A stretch of DNA of 64,000 nucleotides, taken from IMG/VR virus record IMGVR_UViG_3300046169_000098; one strand, written 5' to 3'. This DNA is from an uncultured virus (IMG/VR IMGVR_UViG_3300046169_000098) (Duplodnaviria; Heunggongvirae; Uroviricota; Caudoviricetes). Both the position numbers and the translations under genes were made by a program. This document shows positions 28,061 to 37,722 of this stretch, piece by piece. The notes under the pieces were generated by a model. It was not told where the DNA came from, did no database searches, and worked only from the letters and a program-made list of their open reading frames with translations. Every line of letters starts with the position of its first letter. The first letter of the stretch is position 1.

Positions 28061-30022
28061 TTATCTAGCTTGATTGTAGCGTCTTAATTGAATAGAAGGT
28101 ATTGCATTGTCGATAATATGTGCATATTGATTATCTCTAACGACATACTGTTGTAAAAGATTAATATGTTGTTCATCTCCAATAACTTTATTAAATAACC
28201 TTATGTTTGTTATTTCATGAGGACCTGGCATCAGAGACCATCTGTCAGGCGTTGTCCAACCGTATGGGGTAATGCTATCTAGTTTTTCTGATAATACTGA
28301 AGTCAATGTATCTTGTATTGATTGGCCGTTTTGCCAATTGCTCATAGGATCTAATCTATAAACATCAACACCTAGCCCGAAATAAGTATTACTTAAATTA
28401 AATACAACACCATACCATACATTGTGTTCTAATTCAGAATTGTAATTAAATATATGTGTATCGTTATTTAACTTTACTGTAATTGAATCTTTAGAAGTTT
28501 CTAAGCTTAATCCCTTAGATCCTGTTCTACCCTTTACTAAGTTTATATTTGGATTAATTGAAGTAAATGATTTATCACCAGGTCTAAACCAAAGTGTCAT
28601 TGCTAGATTTTTATCAACTGCTAATTGTGATTTTTTTACATACTGTAATGCTTCAACACCAACATCTTTAATGCTAGACATATCATAACAGTTTTTAGCT
28701 ATGATTGTCCACTGATTTCTAATTTCAGTATCTTTGATAGTTAAATCATTATGTATTTTATATCTAGTACCATCATTAACTTCACTAAAAATTGTTTTAT
28801 ATTGTTCTGGTTTAGTTACCTTTGCATATTCGTCTTGTAACTCTTCACCAAATACCTCTTCTATTCCAGTAACTAAATCGTCTACTTCTTGTTCAATTGC
28901 AGTATCAGTATGTATAGAGCTTGTTCTTTCTTCGTATTTAGTTAGCATTACTCTCCAATATGTCATATCCATATTGAATTCATCTGCGAAAGAAACCGTA
29001 CGTACTTCGTACATCCTATTCATTAGTGGGAAATATAAGTAATCTCTAGATCTAGGACTTGGTCCTAAACCAAATGCCGCTTTAAATTGACCTTGCGTAA
29101 TATGCACCTCAAAGTCTTCAAACCCCATTCCAAAAATATCATATTGAAATTCTTGGGTAGGCATTGCGTTGTCTGGTACCATTATTTTAAGTTCCGCGTT
29201 TTCTGTTACATTATACAGCGAATATTCCATTAACACCACATCACTCGACCTTTTGTCAGGTTCTACTCTAAAGTATTTTACTGGGTGACCCCACATTTCT
29301 GAAGATAATTCACTTATATCTCTATAAGTATCAACTGGCCTCTGTAAATTATATGGATCATATAACGGTGCATCACAGTCTATAACAATATTAGCACATC
29401 CACTCATTGACCATGCGTCATCACAATCCCCACAAAATTGTGGACAACTTTCTATTACACCGTTCTCAGAAAGTAATTCAAATGTAACACTTAATAATGT
29501 TATTGTGTTGTAGTCACTTAATCTGTTAACTTCTGCTTTAACGTCTAACCAAAGTGGCTTTGTAGGATCAAATGTTTGGCCCAATAAATCATTAGGTCCA
29601 GTACCCATATTTAATACCCTAGATGGAGACATTTGTCCTCCATCTGTACTAGGACCATTTTGAGACCATCTATATGAATATTCAAAATGATTATTAGAAT
29701 CTGGTTTTTTATAGAATTTAATTCCTGTAGTTGAAATCGGAGATCCTTCTAAAATAGTAAACTCGTTAGGGCTAATTATAGCATCAACAGTAACTGTATA
29801 ATTAGAAATCAATATTTTTTCACCTGGAACTAAATCTAAGTTAGTGTCTATTCCTGTGATATTGAAACCGCCAAGAGACATAGATAAAAGTCCAACTGTA
29901 TTTGGTGTAGAAACACCCACAGTAACATTCCAGCCCGTAACTTTAGTAATATCCTCATAAGGATCTACAAGTTTAGCGAACATAAAGTCACCGATTTGAT
30001 TTGCTGTAAAATTAGTTACCAT
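28061..30022 (-). CDS. Virion structural protein with neck (gp14-like) core and extra beta-rich domains
   Basis: MWGHPVKYF, FGMGFEDFEVHI, DYLYFPLMNRMYEV; late promoter motif upstream. Confidence 0.55.
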   Translation of the reverse strand: MVTNFTANQIGDFMFAKLVDPYEDITKVTGWNVTVGVSTPNTVGLLSMSLGGFNITGIDTNLDLVPGEKILISNYTVTVDAIISPNEFTILEGSPISTTGIKFYKKPDSNNHFEYSYRWSQNGPSTDGGQMSPSRVLNMGTGPNDLLGQTFDPTKPLWLDVKAEVNRLSDYNTITLLSVTFELLSENGVIESCPQFCGDCDDAWSMSGCANIVIDCDAPLYDPYNLQRPVDTYRDISELSSEMWGHPVKYFRVEPDKRSSDVVLMEYSLYNVTENAELKIMVPDNAMPTQEFQYDIFGMGFEDFEVHITQGQFKAAFGLGPSPRSRDYLYFPLMNRMYEVRTVSFADEFNMDMTYWRVMLTKYEERTSSIHTDTAIEQEVDDLVTGIEEVFGEELQDEYAKVTKPEQYKTIFSEVNDGTRYKIHNDLTIKDTEIRNQWTIIAKNCYDMSSIKDVGVEALQYVKKSQLAVDKNLAMTLWFRPGDKSFTSINPNINLVKGRTGSKGLSLETSKDSITVKLNNDTHIFNYNSELEHNVWYGVVFNLSNTYFGLGVDVYRLDPMSNWQNGQSIQDTLTSVLSEKLDSITPYGWTTPDRWSLMPGPHEITNIRLFNKVIGDEQHINLLQQYVVRDNQYAHIIDNAIPSIQLRRYNQAR

Positions 30023-30052
30023 TAACGATTAAAGTCTACGACCTATTTTTAT

Positions 30053-30704
30053 TTATATATCTGATTTTTTGTCAGCTATTAAAAGCATCTCTGGGTCATC
30101 AGATTCGTATACCTCTACTCGTTGAATGATTGCGTTGATTATGTTATAAACTTCAGTGGTATTATTCTCTGATAAGAATAAATCTAATGTAGATAAAAAC
30201 TTTCTAACTCTCATGACCATGAAATGATCTTCAGGTCCCAATAGATTAGCCCTTCTTAGAATCATTCCCTGCTACATCAGCTTCGTGTTCATTAAAAATA
30301 TCAAATAGTCTAATACTACCTCTAAGTGTTTTTGTACTAAATTTAATAGTTTTAATTTGATCGATATTGACGATTCTACTATAACTAGAATTAGTGTTAA
30401 GCGTAAATTTAACCCACATCAAATTAGACATCGTATCTAGTATTTGATTTATAAAGTAGATAGATGTGGCTTCTTTGTGAATGGCAACATCACTTATTGC
30501 TTTAAACCTAGATATTTCAGATTTAAATGCATTGTAGATTATTTTTCTAAGATCTTCTACTGAAAGTAACATAGTGTTGTCCCCTAAAGTTTTAGCGGTA
30601 GAAAATCTAGAGATTATTCCCCACAATCTTAGATCAATAGAATTATATTTATGTAATGTAATATCTATTACCTCTGAAAAATTATCTCTATTTCCTGTAG
30701 ACAT
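30053..30704 (-). CDS. Hypothetical protein (frameshift near 30268)
   Basis: Two abutting ORFs in adjacent frames. Confidence 0.55.
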
Positions 30705-31121
30705 CGACCTGGGCTTCTATTTTTTTTAAATCAGAATAAAGTTCTTCTTTTGCAAAAACTTTAAGTTCATTAAACTCTCTCATTCCTATCTCGTTTTTAT
30801 TAAGATATATTTGAATAGATTGTTCTGTTGGAATATATTTATCAGCTTTATTTTTTGTGGCCGATTTCTTGGTTTTTGTATAAAACCACCCTGGTACAGA
30901 TTTAAATCTTTGAGCTACCATTGCCCAAGATTCTACAACATTAGCACCACTAATTCCATTGAACGTTAAACAACTGTGCATTCGCTGGATATTTAATAGC
31001 CATAAAAGCGATTGATCATAAAATGATGGCGTTTTTTGTTGTGATTTTTTATTTTATCGTATTGACTTTTTTTCGTAAACATTATCTTTACGAAGTCAAA
31101 TAATTTAGTTTCGTCTAGCAT
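30688..31121 (-). CDS. Probable clamp-loader small subunit (gp62-like; frameshift near 31003)
   Basis: MLDETKLFDFVKIMF...FMINRF continuing into ORF 30688-30981; near gp44. Confidence 0.5.
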
Positions 31122-31150
31122 ACTTATTATATGTTATTAGGTAAGAAAGT

Positions 31151-31312
31151 TTACCCTATAAGTGTATTAAATGCATGTTGATATGCATCTACTTTTGAAA
31201 AATCATGGAGCATTTCTATTTTGTTAGCTAGCTCAATAACTTCTGGCTTTAGATTATGTGCATTTGCTTCTGCTAATATTTCTTCTATTTGAATATAATC
31301 AGTCAGTGTCAT
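31151..31312 (-). CDS. Hypothetical 53-aa protein
   Basis: MTLTDYIQIEEILAEANAHNLKPEVIELA... Confidence 0.55.
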   Translation of the reverse strand: MTLTDYIQIEEILAEANAHNLKPEVIELANKIEMLHDFSKVDAYQHAFNTLIG

Positions 31313-31313
31313 A

Positions 31314-32582
31314 TTAAAATAACTTTTTAGTTGGATCCTTAGTTACTTTTTTAGTTTTCTTACCTACCAATTTCATAGGCTTTCTTTTAGGTTTGCTATC
31401 TTCTTTTGGAATGTCCATGCCTGCAAATGCATCGGGAGCAAAACTATTTTCTTTGTCCAACCATCCAGTGCCTTCTAATATTTTATCCATTTCCATAATA
31501 GAATCCTTATTCTCGATTGCACCTTCCCAATCCTTTTCAATAGAATCATAGATAGCACGTTGTATTGCATCTGGTATGGTTTTATTATGCAATAACATTA
31601 GTGCAATATTCGTTGACAGTGCTACTTTAATGAGTGTGGGCGTACTATGACCAACTACACGATAGATTATATCAGATAACTTATCTTTGTATTCAGAAGA
31701 GAACAGGTGATCTATAATAAAATTGTCGTATTCTTTAATAAACTGATCATATATGGTGTCAGCATGTTTCATTGTTAAAGAATAATTACGAAGCTTACCT
31801 GTCTTCATTTCTTTTTGCCATGTAACACATGCGGGAATATTATCTGATTTGTCACCCGTTAAGATCTTCTTAAGAATAAACTCGTCGCAGTCTATTTCTT
31901 CAATAGAAATTTTATTAGCATTAATCCAACCCATAATGTCGCCTTGATAATTATCTCTTAACATAGTTTGTCCACCCATATTAAATAACATATCATCTGT
32001 AGATAAATCTGCAGCGGCCGAAGTTACCATGTCTTGTTCAAATCCTTTATATGCATACAACTGCTTTCTAGTATTGTAGTACCATAATGTATGTGCATCA
32101 TTGGTGTTAGAATAGTTAACTAACTGAATAAGATCTTTATCACCGGACCACACAATACACGATTTACCACGTGCGTTAAGCATCGTAGACCATCCAAAGA
32201 TGACATCATCTGCTTCTGCGCCCTGTATTTGATGTACAGTAACACCTTTTTTGGCAACAATTTTTTGGAATTCTTCGTATACTCCATAAACTGCAGTCCA
32301 ATCTACGGATGAACTTTGTTTTCTAGTACCTTTGTAATCTGCCTCGGGATATAGATCCTTACGCCATGATTTAGAATCAACTGTTAATACAACGTCATCT
32401 ACGAACATTTTTAACTTACGCATCTCTGATGCAAAGTCAATGGCCAATTTTCGCATAAATTGAGATTTTTGCTTATCATCACCTAATAGCTGTTCGCCAT
32501 TCTTTGGTTTAGGTAGAACAAATAATCTACTAAATACAAAATAGTTACCGTCAATCAATAATGTGTGTTTTCCCACTTTCAT
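31314..32582 (-). CDS. rnh: 5-prime to 3-prime exonuclease/RNase H (FEN family)
   Basis: LLIDGN, SWRK..YKGTR, EADD, SGDKDLIQL, GDKSDNIP. Confidence 0.88.
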   Translation of the reverse strand: MKVGKHTLLIDGNYFVFSRLFVLPKPKNGEQLLGDDKQKSQFMRKLAIDFASEMRKLKMFVDDVVLTVDSKSWRKDLYPEADYKGTRKQSSSVDWTAVYGVYEEFQKIVAKKGVTVHQIQGAEADDVIFGWSTMLNARGKSCIVWSGDKDLIQLVNYSNTNDAHTLWYYNTRKQLYAYKGFEQDMVTSAAADLSTDDMLFNMGGQTMLRDNYQGDIMGWINANKISIEEIDCDEFILKKILTGDKSDNIPACVTWQKEMKTGKLRNYSLTMKHADTIYDQFIKEYDNFIIDHLFSSEYKDKLSDIIYRVVGHSTPTLIKVALSTNIALMLLHNKTIPDAIQRAIYDSIEKDWEGAIENKDSIMEMDKILEGTGWLDKENSFAPDAFAGMDIPKEDSKPKRKPMKLVGKKTKKVTKDPTKKLF

Positions 32583-32654
32583 ATCTTTATTTCTTTTATC
32601 TACTGCCAATATACTAAAAATAAATGACAATAAAAAATTTATACTAACTTATTT

Positions 32655-33611
32655 TTAAGAGTTAACAATAGATTGTATTTCATATACACAGCTTAACATT
32701 GTAATCACTGGATCAATAACATGTACTCGTTGCGCTTGGTGTTTTGCAACAGTAATGATAATTTGAGGAATGTGTTTAATATGTTGTAATTTCTCTTGTT
32801 GTATATATTCAACAAATTCTTCACCTAATGTTTGTAAAACATCATCTACTTTATTTCCATAATTACTAACAAGTAATTGGTAATTCTTAGCAGGATCAGT
32901 CTCATTAAATACAAGCTCAAATACATCTTTATAAACAGAATTAAACTTCTTAACATCTTCTACTGTAATATTAGAAGTACCTTGAGTTTTATATCCTTGT
33001 AATTTATTAAGCGTAGTTCTTAAATCTGGAAAATTACGCCTAACAAATTCAACCAATGCTGGTTTTTCAATTGTCATGCCTTCATCACCACATATCTGGT
33101 ATACTCGCTTAATGTATTTCTTTGTCAATTCTGATTCTTCTTCTTTATCAAAGTCAAAATTAATAACTTCAAATCTTGAAAGAATTGGATCTGGTAGTTT
33201 GTTAATGTAATTACATGTAGCAATAAATCTAGAATTACTAGCAAATTGTTCCATTGTTGCACGCAAAGCTTTAAAGAATTGATCTGATACTCCATCAACC
33301 TCATCTAGTATTACTACTTTGAACATTCCAGGTGCATCCATAATAGACACAGTTGAACAGAAATCTATAATCTTAGTTCTAATAACATCAACTGAAGTAT
33401 CAGTAGACGCATTAATGTAAAGATATGGTAGCTTAAACTGATTAACAATTGCTTTTGCACATGAAGTTTTACCAGTTCCTGGTGAACCTGATAACAACAT
33501 GTTTTGGACTAATCCATCTTTAAATTTTGCCATGACTCTATCTGGCAAAATCAAATCATCTAAATTTTTTGGACGATACTTCTCTGTAAAGAGTTGATTT
33601 ATTGACTGCAT
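32655..33611 (-). CDS. gp44: Clamp loader AAA+ subunit (gp44-like)
   Basis: EKYRP, GSPGTGKT, LDEVD, TCNY, ILSRF, FPDLR. Confidence 0.92.
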   Translation of the reverse strand: MQSINQLFTEKYRPKNLDDLILPDRVMAKFKDGLVQNMLLSGSPGTGKTSCAKAIVNQFKLPYLYINASTDTSVDVIRTKIIDFCSTVSIMDAPGMFKVVILDEVDGVSDQFFKALRATMEQFASNSRFIATCNYINKLPDPILSRFEVINFDFDKEEESELTKKYIKRVYQICGDEGMTIEKPALVEFVRRNFPDLRTTLNKLQGYKTQGTSNITVEDVKKFNSVYKDVFELVFNETDPAKNYQLLVSNYGNKVDDVLQTLGEEFVEYIQQEKLQHIKHIPQIIITVAKHQAQRVHVIDPVITMLSCVYEIQSIVNS

Positions 33612-33673
33612 ATAATATGTTTTGGTAATTATACACACACAATGCGTTAAAGTTTCAAAGATAAATATAATAT

Positions 33674-34180
33674 ATGGCTAGAAAGGTTGACATACAAATA
33701 ATAAGAACAAATGGTCCAAATCCTAGGAATAGACATGGGATAATTTTAGGTTGTCTAAAAAAGAATCATCGAAAATTCTTAATAGAACACAGGCATATTA
33801 AAACATGGTCAGATAGTGATCAATTTATGGGCTGCATTCTGAGAATGCACAGAACCAGTAGTAAATCTGCAAGTAGTTTAAAATTATATTGGGATCATAG
33901 TACTAACGAGGTCGTTGATATTGACACTTTACACGCTTCTTATAATAGTGTAGATTGGTTATGCGCAATAAGCTTAAAACCAATTAAGGCCAAATTTATG
34001 AACTTTGATCTAGAAAACTTTATTCATCCAGAATACTTAGATGTTTTAGACGCTCCTATGATTGACAGTCGTATACTTAAATCTTCAATTGAGTTTCGCA
34101 AGGAATGTAAAAAACTCCTGCTCGCAGAACGAGAGGAGTTTCTTAAGTTGGCTAAAAAGAACGCTAGGCGCTCTCTTTAA
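33674..34180 (+). CDS. Hypothetical protein (only convincing plus-strand gene)
   Basis: 168-aa ORF filling a gap with no minus-strand gene. Confidence 0.7.
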   Translation: MARKVDIQIIRTNGPNPRNRHGIILGCLKKNHRKFLIEHRHIKTWSDSDQFMGCILRMHRTSSKSASSLKLYWDHSTNEVVDIDTLHASYNSVDWLCAISLKPIKAKFMNFDLENFIHPEYLDVLDAPMIDSRILKSSIEFRKECKKLLLAEREEFLKLAKKNARRSL

Positions 34181-34182
34181 TA

Positions 34183-36036
34183 TTACATTAATGCTTTAAA
34201 TCTATCAGCAATTGACATACCTACATAAAGCTTAACTTTCTTGGGTAGTTCTTCTGATTCATTTATTGAATTTTCAAACGCTAATAGCTCAGCTTCTAAT
34301 ACAGCTATAAAATCTGGATCTAAAAATTTAGATTCTTCTGTTTTACTTAGCTTGTCTATTTTATCTTGATACTTCTTTTTCTTTTCTTCATCATCAGTGC
34401 CGTCAATTAATTTTTTGTATCTAGCAATCATGTCTTTCTTAGAATTCTTTTCTGGTGTTTCATCATCAGATGTATCGTCTTTTGAAGTGTCATCATCGGT
34501 GGCAGTGTCGTCTGATTTACCGGTAGCACTTGCAATTGCATCGTCTACGCTAGCTAAAATTTCATCTGCTATTTTAATAGGTGAATAATCTTCTTTACCT
34601 ACTATAGAAGATCCGCCTCCGTATTTGTCAATAAAGTTACCGAGAGTATAACCGTCTTCACCTTCTTTGGCAGACTCGTCGTCTCCACCTGCTAGAATTA
34701 TAATAGTTTTAGGAACTTCTTTTCCTGAAATTTTATTTGCTAATGCGGTTTTTGCCGCTAATTCTTCAGCAGCTGCCGATTTTAAGGCTGATGCTAATTC
34801 TTTAGCTTTGTTTAACGCTCCTTCATCATTAGCGCCCTTTGCTTTGGAATAAAGATCTTCTACTTTAGCGTTTTCTACAATATTGTCTATGTCTAAAGAT
34901 TCTTCTTTTATTTTATTCTTATCATCGTCAGTCTCGGTATCGTCGTCAGTCTTCGTGTTGTCAGTCTTGGTATCGTTGCCAGTCTTCGTGTTGTCAGTCT
35001 TGGTATCGTTGCCAGTCTTCGTGTCGTCTGTTGTCGTGTCGTCAGTTGTCGTGTCGTCTGTTGTCGTGTCGTCTGTTGTCGTGTCGTCTGTTGTTTCTTC
35101 CTTTTTAGCAGGCTTTAATTTATTTATATGAGCGTCTGCTTGATCTCCGATTTTCTTTATAGCAACCGAAGTTTTTTGAATAGCTTCAATTTCAGGAAGG
35201 AATGCTTTAACACCTTCTAGTTCTTTAATATCGTCACTTGCTTCTTTTTCTCCGTCTGCTATTGCCTGAGCTAATTCTTTTCCCTTTTGTTGAACTTCTT
35301 TTAATTCTCCAGCTGCAGCTAATGCCGCTTCTTTTTTACCCATAGCTTTAAATACCTTCGCCTTATTCTCTAAACCTTCTTCTGCGACTATGTTCTTTAA
35401 AACTGCCTTTCTTTTAAAATATACCTTTCCTAATGGACTGTCTTTAGCTATGTTTTTTTCAGCTTCTCCTAGTTCATCTTCGAATTCTTGAAGAGCATTT
35501 TTTAATTTTTCAGCGTTAACTTCTTTATTATGATCTAATTCTGTTTTAGCATTCTTCTTAGCTTCTTTAAGTTTTACCTTTTTTTCACCTTCTGCTGCTT
35601 CTATCTGCTTATCAAATTTGGCCATTGTTTTAAATTCACCCTGTATGTTATCTGCAGTTTGTTGATCTTTATTTGCCATCAATGCAATCTTTTTATACTT
35701 TCCTAGTTTACTTTCGCATTTAGCTATAGCGAAAGAAGATTTAAGAGAAGCTAAAACACTTTCCATAGAAACCTCTTCATTGATCATATAATGTTCTTTG
35801 ATCTGATCTGATAATTTAGATAAGTTTGTTAAAATAGCATCTACATCCTTAATAACACTAGCTCTTACTTTTTCACCTTCTGCTTTTTTTGTAGCATCAT
35901 CTGATTTAACGTTAGTCTTGTCAACTGCTACAGAATTAGACGTAGTTTTAGAAGCAGGTGCCGTATTATTTGAAGAATCCATTGCAGTTCCTGCAAATTC
36001 TTCATACAATTTGATTCTTTTATTAAGTTTCATCAT
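34183..36036 (-). CDS. Large acidic/Lys-rich late protein with DDTTT tandem repeats, possible internal head protein
   Basis: Follows MCP; late motif at 36067; N-terminal KRIKLYEEF. Confidence 0.6.
   Translation of the reverse strand: MMKLNKRIKLYEEFAGTAMDSSNNTAPASKTTSNSVAVDKTNVKSDDATKKAEGEKVRASVIKDVDAILTNLSKLSDQIKEHYMINEEVSMESVLASLKSSFAIAKCESKLGKYKKIALMANKDQQTADNIQGEFKTMAKFDKQIEAAEGEKKVKLKEAKKNAKTELDHNKEVNAEKLKNALQEFEDELGEAEKNIAKDSPLGKVYFKRKAVLKNIVAEEGLENKAKVFKAMGKKEAALAAAGELKEVQQKGKELAQAIADGEKEASDDIKELEGVKAFLPEIEAIQKTSVAIKKIGDQADAHINKLKPAKKEETTDDTTTDDTTTDDTTTDDTTTDDTKTGNDTKTDNTKTGNDTKTDNTKTDDDTETDDDKNKIKEESLDIDNIVENAKVEDLYSKAKGANDEGALNKAKELASALKSAAAEELAAKTALANKISGKEVPKTIIILAGGDDESAKEGEDGYTLGNFIDKYGGGSSIVGKEDYSPIKIADEILASVDDAIASATGKSDDTATDDDTSKDDTSDDETPEKNSKKDMIARYKKLIDGTDDEEKKKKYQDKIDKLSKTEESKFLDPDFIAVLEAELLAFENSINESEELPKKVKLYVGMSIADRFKALM
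34948..35094. repeat. Coding tandem repeats: 33-bp x2 and 15-bp x~5
   Basis: gtcttcgtgttgtcagtcttggtatcgttgcca repeated; gtcgtctgttgtcgt repeated. Confidence 0.9.
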
Positions 36037-36101
36037 TTGTGTATATTTTTTAAAATGTCTATGGTTTATATATCTTCTTAAATAAGCCTAAAGTTTAAAG
36101 C

Positions 36102-36132
36102 AAAAAAAAAGACCCTCAAAAAGAGGGCCTTT
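36102..36132 (-). terminator. Intrinsic terminator after MCP
   Basis: AGGCCCTC-TTTTT-GAGGGTCT followed by a T run. Confidence 0.75.
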
Positions 36133-36157
36133 TAATTTAAATATTGCTATTTAACTC

Positions 36158-37618
36158 TTATAGTTGGATGTTCTTAACCTCGAACGTAGAGTATTGAGTT
36201 TGTGGGTGGAATCCAGCTTCAACTAATGCGTATCTAGATTTTACAGCTACCTTTGGAGCCATAGTACCTTCAGCAATAGTTTGTACTGATTCAGCCATTA
36301 AGTATGGCATGAATACTAAACCAGGACCGTTACCGTCACCTTTTCTACCAACTAATACGTCACCTGACTCAAATTTCTGAGTAGGGTCAGTGTATATGTT
36401 GATACCTGCAACTGAACCTAATGGATAGATTGCACCTGCAACTTGGTTAACTGTGTTAGCCATTGGGTTAGGTACGAAACCTGCAACACCTTGTAAAACT
36501 GATGCCATTTTTGCAGAAACAACTGCAAAGTTACCAGCACCTCTTCTACCTTTGTTAGCGATGAAGTTAGCGTGAGCTAAGATGTGAGTAAGGACTCTTC
36601 TGTTTACATCACCGAAAGTGTTACCACCTAAATCGTATGCTGTAGTGAAATCAACTGAAGCAGCTAATTCAGTACCAGCATTTTCTTTAGCTAATCTTCT
36701 CATTTCAGCTAAGATGTGTTGGTTGATAGACTGAGTCAATTCGTTAGTTAATACTGCTTCTACTTGAGCAACAGCGTCAACACCGAATTGCTTAAGATCT
36801 TGTACTTGCTCTCTTGTAACTGCAGCAGCAACTTGGAAAGTTTCAGCAGCAACTGACTTAGAGAATAAGCTTAGACCCATTAATTTGTCTGGAGTTCTTT
36901 CCCCTGTCTCTCTTGACATTGGATAAACATTGCTTACACCGCCTTCGCCGCTAAATGCACCAGCACCAGAGAATCCTGGAATGTGGTCTTCTAACGCTTT
37001 TACTAATTCGATATCAGCATCATCAGCAGCATTAGTAGCTCTAAATGCAGCTAGTAAAGTAACAGGAGCACCGTTAGCGTCAACGTGTGCATCAGTTTCT
37101 TCAACTTCATAGATAGCAAAACCATCAATTCTTGATGCTTTGTCTAATTTAGTGAATTTGTAACCGCTTGCTTCACCAGCACCGTCAGCATCTTCTGACT
37201 TGATGAATGTTGGAGCAACACCACCGTCAATTCTACCACCTTCGTATACGAAGTCTAAGTAAGATAGTAAGCCCATAGGACCTGCCATTGGTACAACTGG
37301 TACTAAGTCTAATGCAATCGTTTGAGCAGCAACTTGCATTGCTAAAGGTAATAAAGTTGGAGCTTTGTCACCTGAACCTCTTTGATTTGCGAAAGATGCA
37401 GTTGCATCTGGAAGGACTACAGAGCCCATACCACCGATGTTTTGAGTTCCCGGAGAAACTGGGTTTAACGCCATCATTTGAGCGTCTTCATAAAGCTTGT
37501 GATTGTGACAGTAAGTCGACATCCAAGCTAGCTTTTCTGATTCATTGATTCCTGTTGCTTCCTCAATAATAGGAGCCCAAGTACCTCTGATCTCAGATTC
37601 GTTAATTAAATTTGCCAT
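36158..37618 (-). CDS. gp23: Major capsid protein (gp23-like)
   Basis: VVPMAGPMG, EQVQDLK, ELTQSINQ, RRGAGNFAV, GLVFMPY, VKSRYAL. Confidence 0.93.
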   Translation of the reverse strand: MANLINESEIRGTWAPIIEEATGINESEKLAWMSTYCHNHKLYEDAQMMALNPVSPGTQNIGGMGSVVLPDATASFANQRGSGDKAPTLLPLAMQVAAQTIALDLVPVVPMAGPMGLLSYLDFVYEGGRIDGGVAPTFIKSEDADGAGEASGYKFTKLDKASRIDGFAIYEVEETDAHVDANGAPVTLLAAFRATNAADDADIELVKALEDHIPGFSGAGAFSGEGGVSNVYPMSRETGERTPDKLMGLSLFSKSVAAETFQVAAAVTREQVQDLKQFGVDAVAQVEAVLTNELTQSINQHILAEMRRLAKENAGTELAASVDFTTAYDLGGNTFGDVNRRVLTHILAHANFIANKGRRGAGNFAVVSAKMASVLQGVAGFVPNPMANTVNQVAGAIYPLGSVAGINIYTDPTQKFESGDVLVGRKGDGNGPGLVFMPYLMAESVQTIAEGTMAPKVAVKSRYALVEAGFHPQTQYSTFEVKNIQL

Positions 37619-37711
37619 TTTGTAAATGTTCTTTTTTTGTTTGTGTTTATAGTTAAACTCGACATGCTTGGGTTTTCTGCTTCTGTCACCCGTTTTCGTC
37701 GATTATATTAT

Positions 37712-37719
37712 TATATATC
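37712..37719 (-). promoter_or_regulatory. Late-type promoter GATATATA; other copies at 2091, 3406, 20419, 22557, 25477, 28019, 30054, 36067, 40191, 42245, 44990, 46080, 55633, 59437
   Basis: Lies just upstream of most structural genes; analogue of T4 TATAAATA. Confidence 0.75.
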
Positions 37720-37722
37720 CTT

